From an uncultured Gemmatimonadales bacterium (GTDB lineage: Bacteria; Gemmatimonadota; Gemmatimonadetes; Longimicrobiales; Gaopeijiaceae), in the NCBI GenBank assembly GCA_963823035.1, contig CAWGKG010000009.1, positions 1 to 35,983 of the forward strand: a stretch of DNA of 35,983 nucleotides, in the 5' to 3' direction. A program made the position numbers and the translations under genes. Below are positions 1-9,862 of this stretch, piece after piece. Below the pieces are notes generated by a model, which did not search any database, was not told the origin of the DNA, and saw nothing but the letters and a program-made list of their open reading frames with translations. Position 1 is the first letter of the stretch, and every line of letters starts with the position of its first letter.

Positions 1-906
1 GCGGAGCGCCCTGGGCGTACCGGCCAGGGGGACGAGCGAGGCGGGAAGGCCGGCCAGCAAGAGGCCGGCGAGCGCGATGGCCACCATCGGCGCGAACGGG
101 TTCTCCGTGTGCTCGAGCGGCACCTCGCTCAGGCGGAAGGACCCCTCGTCGCGGAGCGCGTAGGGAACTTCGTCCACCTCGACCCTCCCCGGTGGCGGCG
201 CCGGCTCCGCGGCCAGGGCGTCGGCCGTCTCGGGGAGGAGCGTGGTGGCGGTGACCGACCGAGGAGGTCACGCTGGAGGAGCGGGAGCCCGGTGAGGCGT
301 GCGATGGTGCCGGGCGCCGCGGCGTGCGCGTCGTCGTACCCGCTGGCGCGCAGTACGTCCGATGCGCTTCCAGGCGGAGGTCGGTCAGGGTCGTCAGGCG
401 AGCCTGGGCCCAGCTCTGACAGCTCGCGAGCGGCCGGCGAGCGCGCCCGCCGCGAGGAGCACGCCGACCCGGCGGCGGCCGGGTGGTCAGGAGCGCGGCC
501 GCGTAGGCCAGCCCAACGGAGGCCAAGAGCGCGAGGAGGCCGAGCCAGGGCGGAAGGCCCAACGACGTCTCGGGCGGCGCGTCAACGTCAGCGTGCCCAT
601 CACGTCCCACCCATCCGCGTCGTAGAGGGCGGCCCTCGCCCGCTCGCCCCGCACGACGGGACGATCGAGTCCCGCCTCGATGCGGCTGTCCATCTCGAGG
701 CGGTCGCCGAAGAGCGCTCGCGCACCCGCGGCGTCGGCGACGCTCACGAGCGCCGCGGCCGAGGACGCCTCCGCCTCGAGCACGGCGTCCGACGCGGTCC
801 GCACCGACGCCACCGCCGTGCGCAGGAGGAGCACGAGCGCGAGGGCGAGAGCCGCGAAAGCGCTCGCGCCCAGCGCCCGTCGCGTGCGGGAGGGTCCGGG
901 GGTCAT
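1..906 (-). CDS. Probable carbohydrate ABC transporter permease, N-terminal part; frameshifted and running off the window
   Basis: ATG at 906 overlaps the stop of the solute-binding protein gene (ATGA). Hydrophobic segments appear in different frames (ASAFAALALALVLLL, LPPWLGLLALLASVGLAYAAALL, PFAPMVAIALAGLLLAG). The permease call rests on position; no EAA motif is visible in the window. Confidence 0.55.
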
Positions 907-2180
907 CGGGCGAGCACCCGGTCCACCTCCGACGCCACCTCGGAGGCCGTCTCCTCGATCGGGTCGCCCCGCAGGAGGTGACGGTCCATGATGCGGAACG
1001 TCAGCTCCTCCACCTCGTAGAAGTCGCGCACCCGCACGCCCCAGGTCACCCGGCCGTCCGCCACCTGGCGCAGGAAGGCGGCCTCGATCCCGGTGCTGTC
1101 GCCCGCGGCGACCTCTTCCGCGACGTCGCGGAAGGCGGGGATGCCCAGGCGCGTCGAGGCCCGCATGCGCTGCGCCTCCTCCGAGCCGAGCCAGGCGGCG
1201 AGCTCCACCGACAGCCGCCGGTGCGGCGCGTTCGCGGGCACGGCCCACCCCGAGGCATACAGGACGGTGGCGGGCTCCGCGGACGCCAGGTGCGGGATCG
1301 GGGCCACGCCCAGGCGCAGCTCGGCCGCGGCCATGTTCCCCGTGAGGAGCTGGAGCGTCCAATGCCCGGAGAGGAGCATCGCCTGGCCTCCGGTGGCGAA
1401 GCGGGCCTCCCGCGCGGGGTCCCCCGTCTCCAGGAAGTGGACGCCGGGCGTGACGTGCGCCGCCGTGACCAGGTCCGTGAGGAAGGTGAACGTGCGCACC
1501 GTGGCCGCCGAGTCGAGGTAGCCCGTGGCGCGCCGTCCGTCGGGGCTGAGGATGTCGGCGCCACCGGACCAGACCCACGGGATCCACTGGTAGAGGTTGC
1601 GCGGGAAGTCGATCGCGTACACGTCCGTGCGCCCGTCGCCGTCCACGTCGCGCGTCAGCCGGCGCGCCTTGGCCAGGAACTCCTCCCACGTCCACCCCTC
1701 GGCGCCGGGGGGCGCCACCCCGAAGCGATCGAACACGCCGAGGTTGAGGTAGAGCACCATCGGCGTGAAGTCCTTCGGGAGCGCGAAGACCCTGCCGCCC
1801 CGCTCGAAGCCCTCCATCACCTGGGGGAAGACCCGACCGGGGTCGTACCCGGCGCGCGCGAGGTAGGGGGTGAGGTCGAGCGCGAGGCCGCGGTCGAGGA
1901 TCGTCGGGATGTCGGGCCCGTCCAGGAGGAAGACGTCGGGCGGCGAGCCGGAGGCGATCGACGTGAGGAGCTTCTCGTCGTAGTTCGTCACCACCGATTC
2001 CACGACCACCCGCACGCCCGGGTGGTCCGCCGCGAAACGGTCGGCGATGGCCTGCTCGGTGGTGACCTCGTAGTCGCCCGCCCAATGCAGGACGCGCAGC
2101 GTCACCGCGTCCTGGGCGCTTCCGGCGCAACCGGCGAGCGCCACGGCGGCCAGGCAGGCGAGGGCACGACGGCCGCTCAC
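903..2180 (-). CDS. Sugar ABC transporter substrate-binding lipoprotein (family 1)
   Basis: GTG start overlaps the ATPase stop; lipobox LAGC; motifs SGSPPDVFLLD, ALPKDFTPMVLYLN, WTWEEFLAKARRLT, FATGGQAMLLSGHW. Confidence 0.9.
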   Translation of the reverse strand: MSGRRALACLAAVALAGCAGSAQDAVTLRVLHWAGDYEVTTEQAIADRFAADHPGVRVVVESVVTNYDEKLLTSIASGSPPDVFLLDGPDIPTILDRGLALDLTPYLARAGYDPGRVFPQVMEGFERGGRVFALPKDFTPMVLYLNLGVFDRFGVAPPGAEGWTWEEFLAKARRLTRDVDGDGRTDVYAIDFPRNLYQWIPWVWSGGADILSPDGRRATGYLDSAATVRTFTFLTDLVTAAHVTPGVHFLETGDPAREARFATGGQAMLLSGHWTLQLLTGNMAAAELRLGVAPIPHLASAEPATVLYASGWAVPANAPHRRLSVELAAWLGSEEAQRMRASTRLGIPAFRDVAEEVAAGDSTGIEAAFLRQVADGRVTWGVRVRDFYEVEELTFRIMDRHLLRGDPIEETASEVASEVDRVLAR

Positions 2181-3295
2181 CGGTGGGCTCGCCTCCCGAG
2201 CGTGCCGAGACGCAATCCGCTCTCGGCGTCGAAGAGGTGCGCGCGCTCGACGCGGATGCGGAGCGAGACGTGTTCTCCCACGCGCACCGGGTGGTCGGAC
2301 GGCGTGCGGGCGATCCAGGGCACCTCGCCCGGCCCCGGTACGTGCACCAGGATCTCGCTGCCGAGCGCCTCGACCCGCTGCACTTCCGTGTCGAGATGGC
2401 CGGTGCCGTCGCCCGGTGGCGCCAGCTGGAGGTCCTCGGGGCGGACACCCAGCACGACCGCGCGGCCGCGTTCGGAGTCCGCGGGGCCGATCTCGCTCAC
2501 GCTGCAGGGGAGCGTGAGGCCCCACCCGACGAAGGTGGCGCCGGAGCCGTCGTCGCCCACGAAGCCCTGGGCGGTGTTCATCGTGGGCGAGCCGACGAAG
2601 CGGGCCACGAAGAGGCTGGCAGGCTCGCGGTAGACGTCGAGCGGGGAGCCGACCTGCTGCAGCACGCCGTCGTCGAGGATCGCGATGCGCTGGCCGAGCG
2701 ACATCGCCTCGACCTGGTCGTGCGTCACGAAGATCATCGTCGTGCCCAGGCGACGGTGCAGCCCCGCGATCTCGTCGCGCATCTCGGCGCGCAGGCGCGC
2801 GTCGAGGTTCGACAGCGGCTCGTCGAAGAGGAACACGGCCGGCTCGCGCACCATCGCGCGTCCGAGCGCCACGCGCTGACGCTGCCCGCCGGAGAGCTGG
2901 CCGGGCCGCCGGTCGAGCAGCCGGTCCAGGCCCAGGAGGGACGAGGCCCACGCCACCTTGCGGGCGACCTCCTCGCGCGCCGTGCGCCGCATGCGCAACC
3001 CGAAGGAGAGGTTCTGGCGCACGGTCATGTGCGGGTAGAGCGCGTAGCTCTGGAAGACCATCGCGACGTCCCGGTCGGCCGGCTCGACGCCGTCGACGCA
3101 CCGCTCACCGATCCACACCTCGCCCTCGGAGGGCTCGGCCACCCCGGCGATCATGCGCAGCACCGTGCTCTTGCCGCATCCGGAGGGTCCGAGCAGGACG
3201 AGGAACTCACCCTCCTCGACGTCGAGATCGAGGGGCTGGACGGCCACCACCTCGCCGAAGCGCTTGGTCAGACCGCGTAGCGAGACGCCTACCAT
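2177..3295 (-). CDS. Carbohydrate ABC transporter ATP-binding protein (MalK/UgpC family)
   Basis: Walker [31 protein letters not shown] signature, [20 protein letters not shown], and a C-terminal TOBE-like region. Confidence 0.97.
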   Translation of the reverse strand: MVGVSLRGLTKRFGEVVAVQPLDLDVEEGEFLVLLGPSGCGKSTVLRMIAGVAEPSEGEVWIGERCVDGVEPADRDVAMVFQSYALYPHMTVRQNLSFGLRMRRTAREEVARKVAWASSLLGLDRLLDRRPGQLSGGQRQRVALGRAMVREPAVFLFDEPLSNLDARLRAEMRDEIAGLHRRLGTTMIFVTHDQVEAMSLGQRIAILDDGVLQQVGSPLDVYREPASLFVARFVGSPTMNTAQGFVGDDGSGATFVGWGLTLPCSVSEIGPADSERGRAVVLGVRPEDLQLAPPGDGTGHLDTEVQRVEALGSEILVHVPGPGEVPWIARTPSDHPVRVGEHVSLRIRVERAHLFDAESGLRLGTLGRRAHR

Positions 3296-5586
3296 GCGAT
3301 CTCCAGCGGCGTGCCGACGGTGGTGTGGTGCACGGCATCGTCGATGCGTGCCTCCACGGCGTCGCCATGGACGCGCACGTCCACCTCGTGCCCGCGCAGG
3401 CGCGCCCGCAGGCGTGCCTCCTCGAGGCCCATCGGCAGCGGATGGATGCGCAGCGCCTCCCCTACCGGCTCCACGCCGCACACGCCACGGGCGAGGAGGT
3501 CGAGGACCCAGGAGTGCTGGTAGTCGTCGATCCCGCGGAAGACGCAGGCGTGCCCCGTGCGCGGGTTGTAGTGCTCGTGGCAGTTGGGGCGCGCGAGGTC
3601 GCCGTCGTGGTACATCATGCGCACGAAGCGCGACAGGAGGTGCGCGGCGGCGGGGCCGGCCGCCGGGCGCCCTCGGTGCCACTGGCGGATCAGCCCCTCC
3701 ACCACGTGGCTGTTCGTCATCGGCCACACCCGTCCGTTCCACGGACAGTTGTGCCGCTTCCCCTTCCACAGCCCCTCGGCGCTGAACAGCGGGTCGCCCA
3801 CGGAGGAGGAAGGGAGGGGGAAGTCGGTCGCGAAGCTCTCGGGATCGGCGAGGTGCTCGAGCAGGCGCGCGACCTGCGCGTCGTCGAGGAGGTCGGTGAG
3901 AAGGGGGTAGAAGCACACCGCCGCCTTCACGCCGGTACGCGCACCGGTGCTTCCGTCCACGTCGGAGAAGATGCCGGCCTCCTCGTCCCACATCGCGTCG
4001 AGGATCGCCCGCCCGACGTGCGCGGCGCGGGCCGCCCACGCCCCCTCCTCGTCGCTCCGCCCCAGGCGTCCCGCCATGACGGTGAGCCCGCGCAGGAGCT
4101 GGTAGGTGTACACCGTCACGTCCACGCCCTTCAGGCGGAGGCGGGGCTCCCACTCCGTCACGTCGGACGCGGCGTCCACGGCCACGTAGCGCGACATGTA
4201 CTCCTGGCCGGTCTCGTAGTGGTTCACCACCGTGATCATCCCCGAGTCCTCGGGGTCACGTTCGCGGCCCAGCCACGCCGCATAGCGCCCGAGGCCGGCG
4301 TACGCGGTCTCCAGGAAGTCCGGGTCCGGGTGCAGAGCGTCCACCGCGAGGGCCGCGTCCGCCCAGTTGGCGTGGTAGAAGTCCTCCCCCGTCTCGTGGT
4401 TCACGTACAGCCGTCCGGGGAGCGAGCCGTCGGCGCGCTGCGCCGCGAGGAAGTTGAGGAGCGAGCCGCGCGCGACGGCGGGGTCGTCCGCCCAGCGCGT
4501 CTCCATCATGTGGCACTGGGCGGAGTAGGTGATGGGGAGGTGGAAGTACTCGATGCCCTCGGCTACGGCCGGCCAGGGGATACGACCCGCGCCGCCCTCG
4601 ATGCGGTTGAGGTGGAGGCCGTAGGCACGGTAGTCGAAGTAGCGCTCGATCCAGGGGTCCGAGCAGGAGAACCGCGGATAGGAAGCGAGCGCGTCCGCCC
4701 AATGGCGCGTGGCGTGCTCGGGGAAGGGATCGGAGGGAAGCGCCGACTCGCCGGCCGGCCCGACCCCTTCGGGCACGACGGTGAGCACGAACGCCACCTC
4801 GGTGCCCGCGGGTGGAGCCACCGCGACGTGCACCCAACCCCGGTCCGAGACCCCCTCGAGCGAGAGCCGCCAGGACGGCGTGTAGCCACCCTCCGCGCTC
4901 GGCATCTCCACGAAGGGCGTGGTCGCCCACTCGGGATCCGCGGCGCCCTCGGAGCGGAGCGCGGCGCACCCGGCGCGCGGCATCTCCGTCGCCACGGACT
5001 CGGCCGGAACGACCCCCTCGAGACGGACGCCGACGTCGAGCGTCTGCGCCTTCCTGTCCCGCAGCGTCGTCGTCCAGCGCGCCCCCGCCTCCGTGCGCTC
5101 CAGCGCGCGCATGTCCTCGCCCGGCACCGCCGTGAAGGCGACCAGCTTCGGAGCCTCGGCCCCTTCGCGCGCCGGGAAGTCGGCCGGGTCGACGCGCCAC
5201 GCCGAGCAGAACCGGCCTCCCGGCAGGACGTAGCGGCGCTCGGTCAGCTCCGCGCCCGACGGCGACCGCCAGCGCACCTCCAGCCGGTCCGGACGCCAGT
5301 CGCGCGAGACGGCCACCAGCGGCCGGGCGCGGCCGTCCGGGTCCACGAGCGCGACGGAGAAGAGCGGGCCCAGCGGGTAATGGTAGACGTGGGCGGGGTC
5401 CCAGAAGCCGGGCCGGTGGAGCCAGCGGGGGAAGGGGGGCGCCCACAGGAAGCCGTCCCCCGCGGACAGGAACCACTTGTCCGGGCGGGACAGCGCGCGC
5501 AGGCGAGCGAGCCCGTCGCGCCCGGCCGCGAGCGAGGCGTCCGGCGGTGCCTCGGCGGCGGCTCTCGTCGCGACGTCGTCGCTCAT
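3289..5586 (-). CDS. MGH1/GH63-like (trehalase-like, (alpha/alpha)6) glycoside hydrolase
   Basis: C-terminal 765 aa of the 1414-aa chimeric ORF, starting MSDDVAT. Motifs [41 protein letters not shown]. Confidence 0.8.
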   Translation of the reverse strand: MSDDVATRAAAEAPPDASLAAGRDGLARLRALSRPDKWFLSAGDGFLWAPPFPRWLHRPGFWDPAHVYHYPLGPLFSVALVDPDGRARPLVAVSRDWRPDRLEVRWRSPSGAELTERRYVLPGGRFCSAWRVDPADFPAREGAEAPKLVAFTAVPGEDMRALERTEAGARWTTTLRDRKAQTLDVGVRLEGVVPAESVATEMPRAGCAALRSEGAADPEWATTPFVEMPSAEGGYTPSWRLSLEGVSDRGWVHVAVAPPAGTEVAFVLTVVPEGVGPAGESALPSDPFPEHATRHWADALASYPRFSCSDPWIERYFDYRAYGLHLNRIEGGAGRIPWPAVAEGIEYFHLPITYSAQCHMMETRWADDPAVARGSLLNFLAAQRADGSLPGRLYVNHETGEDFYHANWADAALAVDALHPDPDFLETAYAGLGRYAAWLGRERDPEDSGMITVVNHYETGQEYMSRYVAVDAASDVTEWEPRLRLKGVDVTVYTYQLLRGLTVMAGRLGRSDEEGAWAARAAHVGRAILDAMWDEEAGIFSDVDGSTGARTGVKAAVCFYPLLTDLLDDAQVARLLEHLADPESFATDFPLPSSSVGDPLFSAEGLWKGKRHNCPWNGRVWPMTNSHVVEGLIRQWHRGRPAAGPAAAHLLSRFVRMMYHDGDLARPNCHEHYNPRTGHACVFRGIDDYQHSWVLDLLARGVCGVEPVGEALRIHPLPMGLEEARLRARLRGHEVDVRVHGDAVEARIDDAVHHTTVGTPLEIAW

Positions 5587-6860
5587 CGGACCGACCCGAA
5601 GGCGCCCACGAAGCGCGAGTCCCGCAGCGCGGGGAGCGCGGCGAGGCGGTGGGCCAGCGGCGCGACCCGCGTGCGGAACGCCTCGGCGTCCAGCGTGTCG
5701 TCGAGCGGCCACGGCCCCGGCTGGCGCACGTCCCACGCCAGGTTGCCCTCGATCGTGAAGCCGTCGGGAACGGCGTGGCGCGCGATGGGCCGCTGGAAGC
5801 AGTACGGGTCGCCGGAGTCGTAGCGCTCGTCCTGTCCCGTGCGCACGAAGACGTTGCCGACGAGGGCGCCGGGCCCATCGGTGGGGACCTCGGCGAGCGT
5901 CGCGTGGGCCCCGGCGTCGGGCGTCCAGGGCACGGACCGATCCACGATCGCTCCGCACGCGCCCGTCTCGAAGACCGCGTTGTCGGTGATGCGGGCCACG
6001 GGGCGCCCCCCGTCCGGCCCCCAGTAGGCGAGCCCCCAGGTGAGGACGTCCTCGACCACGTTCTCGGAGATCGCGGCGCGCGCGTCCACGAAGACGCCGA
6101 TCCCCTTCCAGTAGCGCGTGACCAGGTTTCCGCGGATGTCGCCCTGGGCGTTCCACGTCAGGCCGATGCCGACGCCGCGCCCGCCGCCCATCTGCGCGCC
6201 GCGCGCCTTGTCCACCCCGTCCACGACGTTGTCGCGCGCGACGATGCGCGCGTCCCGGTAGGCGGTGATCCCGTCCCACGAGTTCCGCTCGATCCGGCAG
6301 CCGCGCACGGTGGCGTCGCCCCGCTCCCGCACCACGATCCCCATGATCCCGACCACCACGGAGTGCACGATGGCCGAGTCGCCCAGGTTGTCGCGCACGA
6401 TGCAGTCGGAAACCGTCACGCGGCCGTCGCGGATCACGATGCCCGCGTCGGCGGCGCGGCCGTCGGGGTCGCGCACCCCGTCGGTCACGGTGACGCGCTC
6501 GAGGGCGCAGCCGTCGCATCCGTCGAAGAGCACGCCGTAGCCGGCGTGCGTGTGCAGCACCACCTCCATGGCGGTGGTGCCGGAGAGGGTGATGCTGTCG
6601 CCCGTGAGGAGCAGCCCGCGCGTGGCCGGCACGTCCTCGCTCGCGTCCTGGCAGTTGCCGCAGGTCGAGTCGGTGAAGGGGACCGCCTCGAGGTGGTAGT
6701 CGCCCGGCGCGAGCCGGACGATCGCGGGGCCGCGCAGCGTGTCGAGGAGCGCGCGCAGGTCGTCGCCCGGCGCGACGGAGATCGCGGGCGGTCCGCTCTC
6801 GCCCGCGCAGGCGGCGAAGAGGACGAGCGCGGCGAGGGTCGAGGGGGCTCGGCTTCGCAT
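5583..6860 (-). CDS. Right-handed parallel beta-helix repeat lipoprotein (pectin lyase-like fold)
   Basis: Signal peptide with lipobox FAAC; LAPGDY; repeats such as [35 protein letters not shown]. Confidence 0.8.
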   Translation of the reverse strand: MRSRAPSTLAALVLFAACAGESGPPAISVAPGDDLRALLDTLRGPAIVRLAPGDYHLEAVPFTDSTCGNCQDASEDVPATRGLLLTGDSITLSGTTAMEVVLHTHAGYGVLFDGCDGCALERVTVTDGVRDPDGRAADAGIVIRDGRVTVSDCIVRDNLGDSAIVHSVVVGIMGIVVRERGDATVRGCRIERNSWDGITAYRDARIVARDNVVDGVDKARGAQMGGGRGVGIGLTWNAQGDIRGNLVTRYWKGIGVFVDARAAISENVVEDVLTWGLAYWGPDGGRPVARITDNAVFETGACGAIVDRSVPWTPDAGAHATLAEVPTDGPGALVGNVFVRTGQDERYDSGDPYCFQRPIARHAVPDGFTIEGNLAWDVRQPGPWPLDDTLDAEAFRTRVAPLAHRLAALPALRDSRFVGAFGSVR

Positions 6861-6866
6861 GCCGGC

Positions 6867-6872
6867 AAAGTA
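6867..6872 (-). promoter_or_regulatory. Candidate -10 element (TACTTT) for a leaderless transcript of the beta-helix gene
   Basis: Minus strand reads TACTTT-gccggc-ATG with no Shine-Dalgarno; AT-rich hexamer in very GC-rich DNA. Confidence 0.4.
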
Positions 6873-6910
6873 CCCGGCGGCGATGGGCGCCGCGAGGAGC
6901 GCCGCGCAGC

Positions 6911-7596
6911 TCAGCCTCGCGACGGCCCCGGGCCCGCGCCCAGATCGCGTCGAACATCTCCTCGGTGAGGGTGCCGGTGAAGGTGTTCTGCTGGCTGGGG
7001 TGGTAGGAGGCGAGCAGGAGGGGGCCGCCGTCGAGCGGGACCTCGACGCCGTGGCCGAACTTCGGGCGCGGCGTGGGGATGGCCACGCCACGCCCGCCCA
7101 GGATGCGCAGCGTCTGCGTCCACGCGAAGCCCCCGAGCACCACGACCGCCCGGACGGTGGGGAGGAGGTCCAGCTCCGCCTCGAGCCAGGGGGCGCAGGC
7201 GTCGCGCTCGTCCGGCGTGGGCTTGTTGGCGGGAGGGGCGCAGCGAACGGCCGCCGTCACGAAGCAGTCGGTCAGGTGGAGGCCGTCCCGCCGATGGGCG
7301 GAAGCCGGCTGGTTGGCGAAGCCGGCGCGGTACAGCGCGCGATAGAGCCAGTCCCCCGAACGGTCCCCGGTGAACATGCGCCCGGTCCGGTTGGCGCCGT
7401 GCGCCGCGGGCGCGAGGCCGACCACGAGCACCCGCGCACGGGGATCGCCGAAACCCGGCACGGGGCGTCCCCAGTAGGTCTCGTCGCGGAAGGCGGCTCG
7501 CTTGTCGCGCGCGACGTCCTCCCGCCAGCGCACCAGGCGCGGGCAGCGGCGGCAGCGGGTGACGCGGGCTTCGAGCCGCTCGATCTCAGAGGCCGT
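6911..7596 (-). CDS. udgB: Uracil-DNA glycosylase family 5 (UdgB-type, Fe-S); C-terminus probably frameshifted, both ends approximate
   Basis: [64 protein letters not shown]. Confidence 0.9.
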
Positions 7597-7920
7597 TGGC
7601 GGCCTCCAGCGCTGCCTCCAGGATCGCGGACAGCCGGCTGTCGAGGTCGGCGGGGAGGATCGCCTCCTGCTGCACGGCGACGCGGCGGTCGGACGGGTCG
7701 GAGGTCTTCCAGGAGGCGGCGCTCACGCAGAGCGTGCCGGTGGTCGCGGCCTCGATGACGATGCCGCGCTCCAACCCGTCCCGGTACCACCCGAGCGTGC
7801 GCAGGGTGGGCTCCTTGACCAGGTCCATGCCGTTCGCCAGCGCGTAGATGTTCAGCTTGGCGTCCAGGACCTCGAAGGGTCCCCCCGCTCCCTGTCCGGT
7901 TGCCGCTGGTAGGGCGCCAT
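7586..7920 (-). CDS. Small hypothetical protein (about 110 aa), frameshift near 7880
   Basis: GGAGG precedes ATG at 7920; the coding-like frame [23 protein letters not shown]...LEAANGL continues to the stop at 7586. Confidence 0.6.
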
Positions 7921-8024
7921 GCCACCTCCGTCCGCCGATCCCCGTCTGCCCGATCCCCTACGGACCCGTCTCGCCCACAACTCCTATAGACGCTGGGTGC
8001 CTTGGCAAGGTTTCCGTCCCGCGC

Positions 8025-8925
8025 TCAGGGTGGCGGGGCGCTTTCCAGCCACGCCGACCACCAGAGCGTGCCCAGCATCGACGCGCCCGAGGCCAGCCGC
8101 TCGGCCGCGAAGTCACGCGTCTGCGGGCGCGCCCCCGCGTCCGGATCGAAGCCGTAGCGCCGCTCGAGCTCGTAGAGGGTCTCGACCTGGTCGTGCGCCG
8201 CCCGGATGTGCGCCAGCACGGCCGCGCGGGGGTTCGCCGCCACGGACACCGCGGGCACGCGTCGATCGACGTCCGCCTGCCGGACGTGCGCCTCCACGAA
8301 CGCCGACTCGAAGCGGTAGTGGAACTGCCGGTCCGTGGTGTAGCCCCTCGGATTGGCCACGCCGGAGCTCCACCCGTTGAAGTGGATCGTCGTGTGGTGC
8401 GGGTTGGCGGCGTCCGTCACGTAGTGGCCGAGGATGCCGGCGTCGTTCACGATGCGCGCCTCGATCCACTCCTTGCGCTGCGGATCGGACTCGGCGCGCC
8501 ACAGCCGCCACTCCGTCGTCAGCCGCTGGTAGAGCTCCAGGATGCGGTACGGCAGGAAGCCGACGTCGCGCTCGGGCCGCTCGATCCCCGCGTCGTGCAG
8601 CCTCCGGATGAAGGCGTAGCGGTCGGGTGCGTCCAGCGCGCCGCGCGGCACGTTCTCCAGGTCGATGTAGTGGTCGTAGCTCCACGCCTGGTCCATCATC
8701 ACCAGCTCGCGGCTGCGCCAGCGGTCGGGCTCGGGGTCGAGGTAGACCAGCTGGTCGCCGGCCCTCCGGAAGAAGTCGGGCATGCCGTCCGGGAGCGACG
8801 CGCACGGCGGCGCGCGCGGCCATCTCGTGGCCGGTGCTCCCCCACCTGCGCGGCGCGGGGGGGCCGTCGGGCGTGCAGGCGAGGAGGAGGGTGGCGGTGG
8901 TGGCGAGCGCGACGGAAGGGAGCAT
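8025..8925 (-). CDS. S1/P1 nuclease / zinc-dependent phospholipase C family secreted protein, frameshift near 8800
   Basis: Signal peptide then WGSTGHEM in one frame; PEPDRWR, HYIDLE, LGHYVTDAANPHHTT, FHYRFES in the other frame. Confidence 0.85.
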
Positions 8926-9025
8926 CGGAAGGCGATCCCGGAGGCGGACGGCTGAGACGTCGAGGGTCCCGGAAGATAAGGACGCGGCGCGCGCCGGGGA
9001 GATGGCCGGGCGGGCCCGGGCGCTC

Positions 9026-9862
9026 CTACCAGACCCGGGCCCACGCGGGGGCCGGCTCGGGCGTCGGACGATACGCGGAGAGGTCGTGCTCGAAAGCCGG
9101 AGCGCCCCGCTTCCCCGGATCGTCGTGGATCTGCAGACACGCGTCGGCGGTGACGAGGAGGAGGCGACCGGACGGGTCCCAATCCGCCCACTGCACGCCT
9201 TCGAGCACCTCGACGTCGTCGTCGGTCCAGAGGGAATAGACCGCGGGGTCGTGGGCGTGCGGTCCGTCACGAAAGGCGGCGTACGCACCCTGGACGCGAA
9301 GCGTCCACGCCCTTCCCCCTCCCGGGCGCGGCCTGGCCATCCGTGCGCGCCGGCGCTCGTCCCAGGCGTCGGAGGGGAGGCGGGGCTCCGAGTCGTCGGT
9401 CTCCGTCCAGCCGCGGCGCCGCTCGAGCGCGAACTGCTCCGCGCGGTTCGGCGCGAGGCCCCAGCGCCGGAGGAGGGGCGCGGCGTCGCCCACGTCCGGC
9501 TCCCCGACATCGACGGCTTCCCCTCGGTCGACGAAACGCAGTCCGCGCGTGTACGTCGTGCCGGCATTCCATGCCGCCAGCGCGTGCAGCCAGGGAAGGC
9601 GCGACACCGCCTCGTAGGTGGTCCCCGCCGGCCAGCGCGCGCCTCCGTCGAGCGCGGAGTAGAGGAGCCAGCGGCCGTCGGGCGACAGGTCGCACTTCTG
9701 CGGATAGAGCTGCCCCCGGAGCCACGCGCCCGGCTCGAACTCCGGCGGGTCGAGCGTCCATCGGCCGACCTGGAACCAGTCGCTCGGGCCGCGCCTCAGC
9801 ACGGCGGCGACCGGCGCGGCCGTCGCGGGGATGCAGAAGACGCGCGGGCCCGGGGCGCTCAT
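9026..9862 (-). CDS. Hypothetical protein, beta-rich
   Basis: ATG overlaps the CoA ligase stop (ATGA); 278 aa with RRGPSDW, CDLSPDGRWLLY, WADWDPSGRLL. Confidence 0.7.
   Translation of the reverse strand: MSAPGPRVFCIPATAAPVAAVLRRGPSDWFQVGRWTLDPPEFEPGAWLRGQLYPQKCDLSPDGRWLLYSALDGGARWPAGTTYEAVSRLPWLHALAAWNAGTTYTRGLRFVDRGEAVDVGEPDVGDAAPLLRRWGLAPNRAEQFALERRRGWTETDDSEPRLPSDAWDERRRARMARPRPGGGRAWTLRVQGAYAAFRDGPHAHDPAVYSLWTDDDVEVLEGVQWADWDPSGRLLLVTADACLQIHDDPGKRGAPAFEHDLSAYRPTPEPAPAWARVW

Noticed and set aside
3289..7533. 1414-aa apparent UDG-glycoside hydrolase fusion
   Set aside because: The middle is Arg-rich off-frame read-through over the beta-helix gene. UdgB probably lost its stop through an indel near 6930, and the hydrolase has its own ATG at 5586.
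6911..8925. UDG plus S1/P1 nuclease as an anti-phage or DNA-modification system
   Set aside because: The nuclease is secreted and UdgB is a common repair enzyme; there are no defence or mobile genes nearby and no compositional shift.
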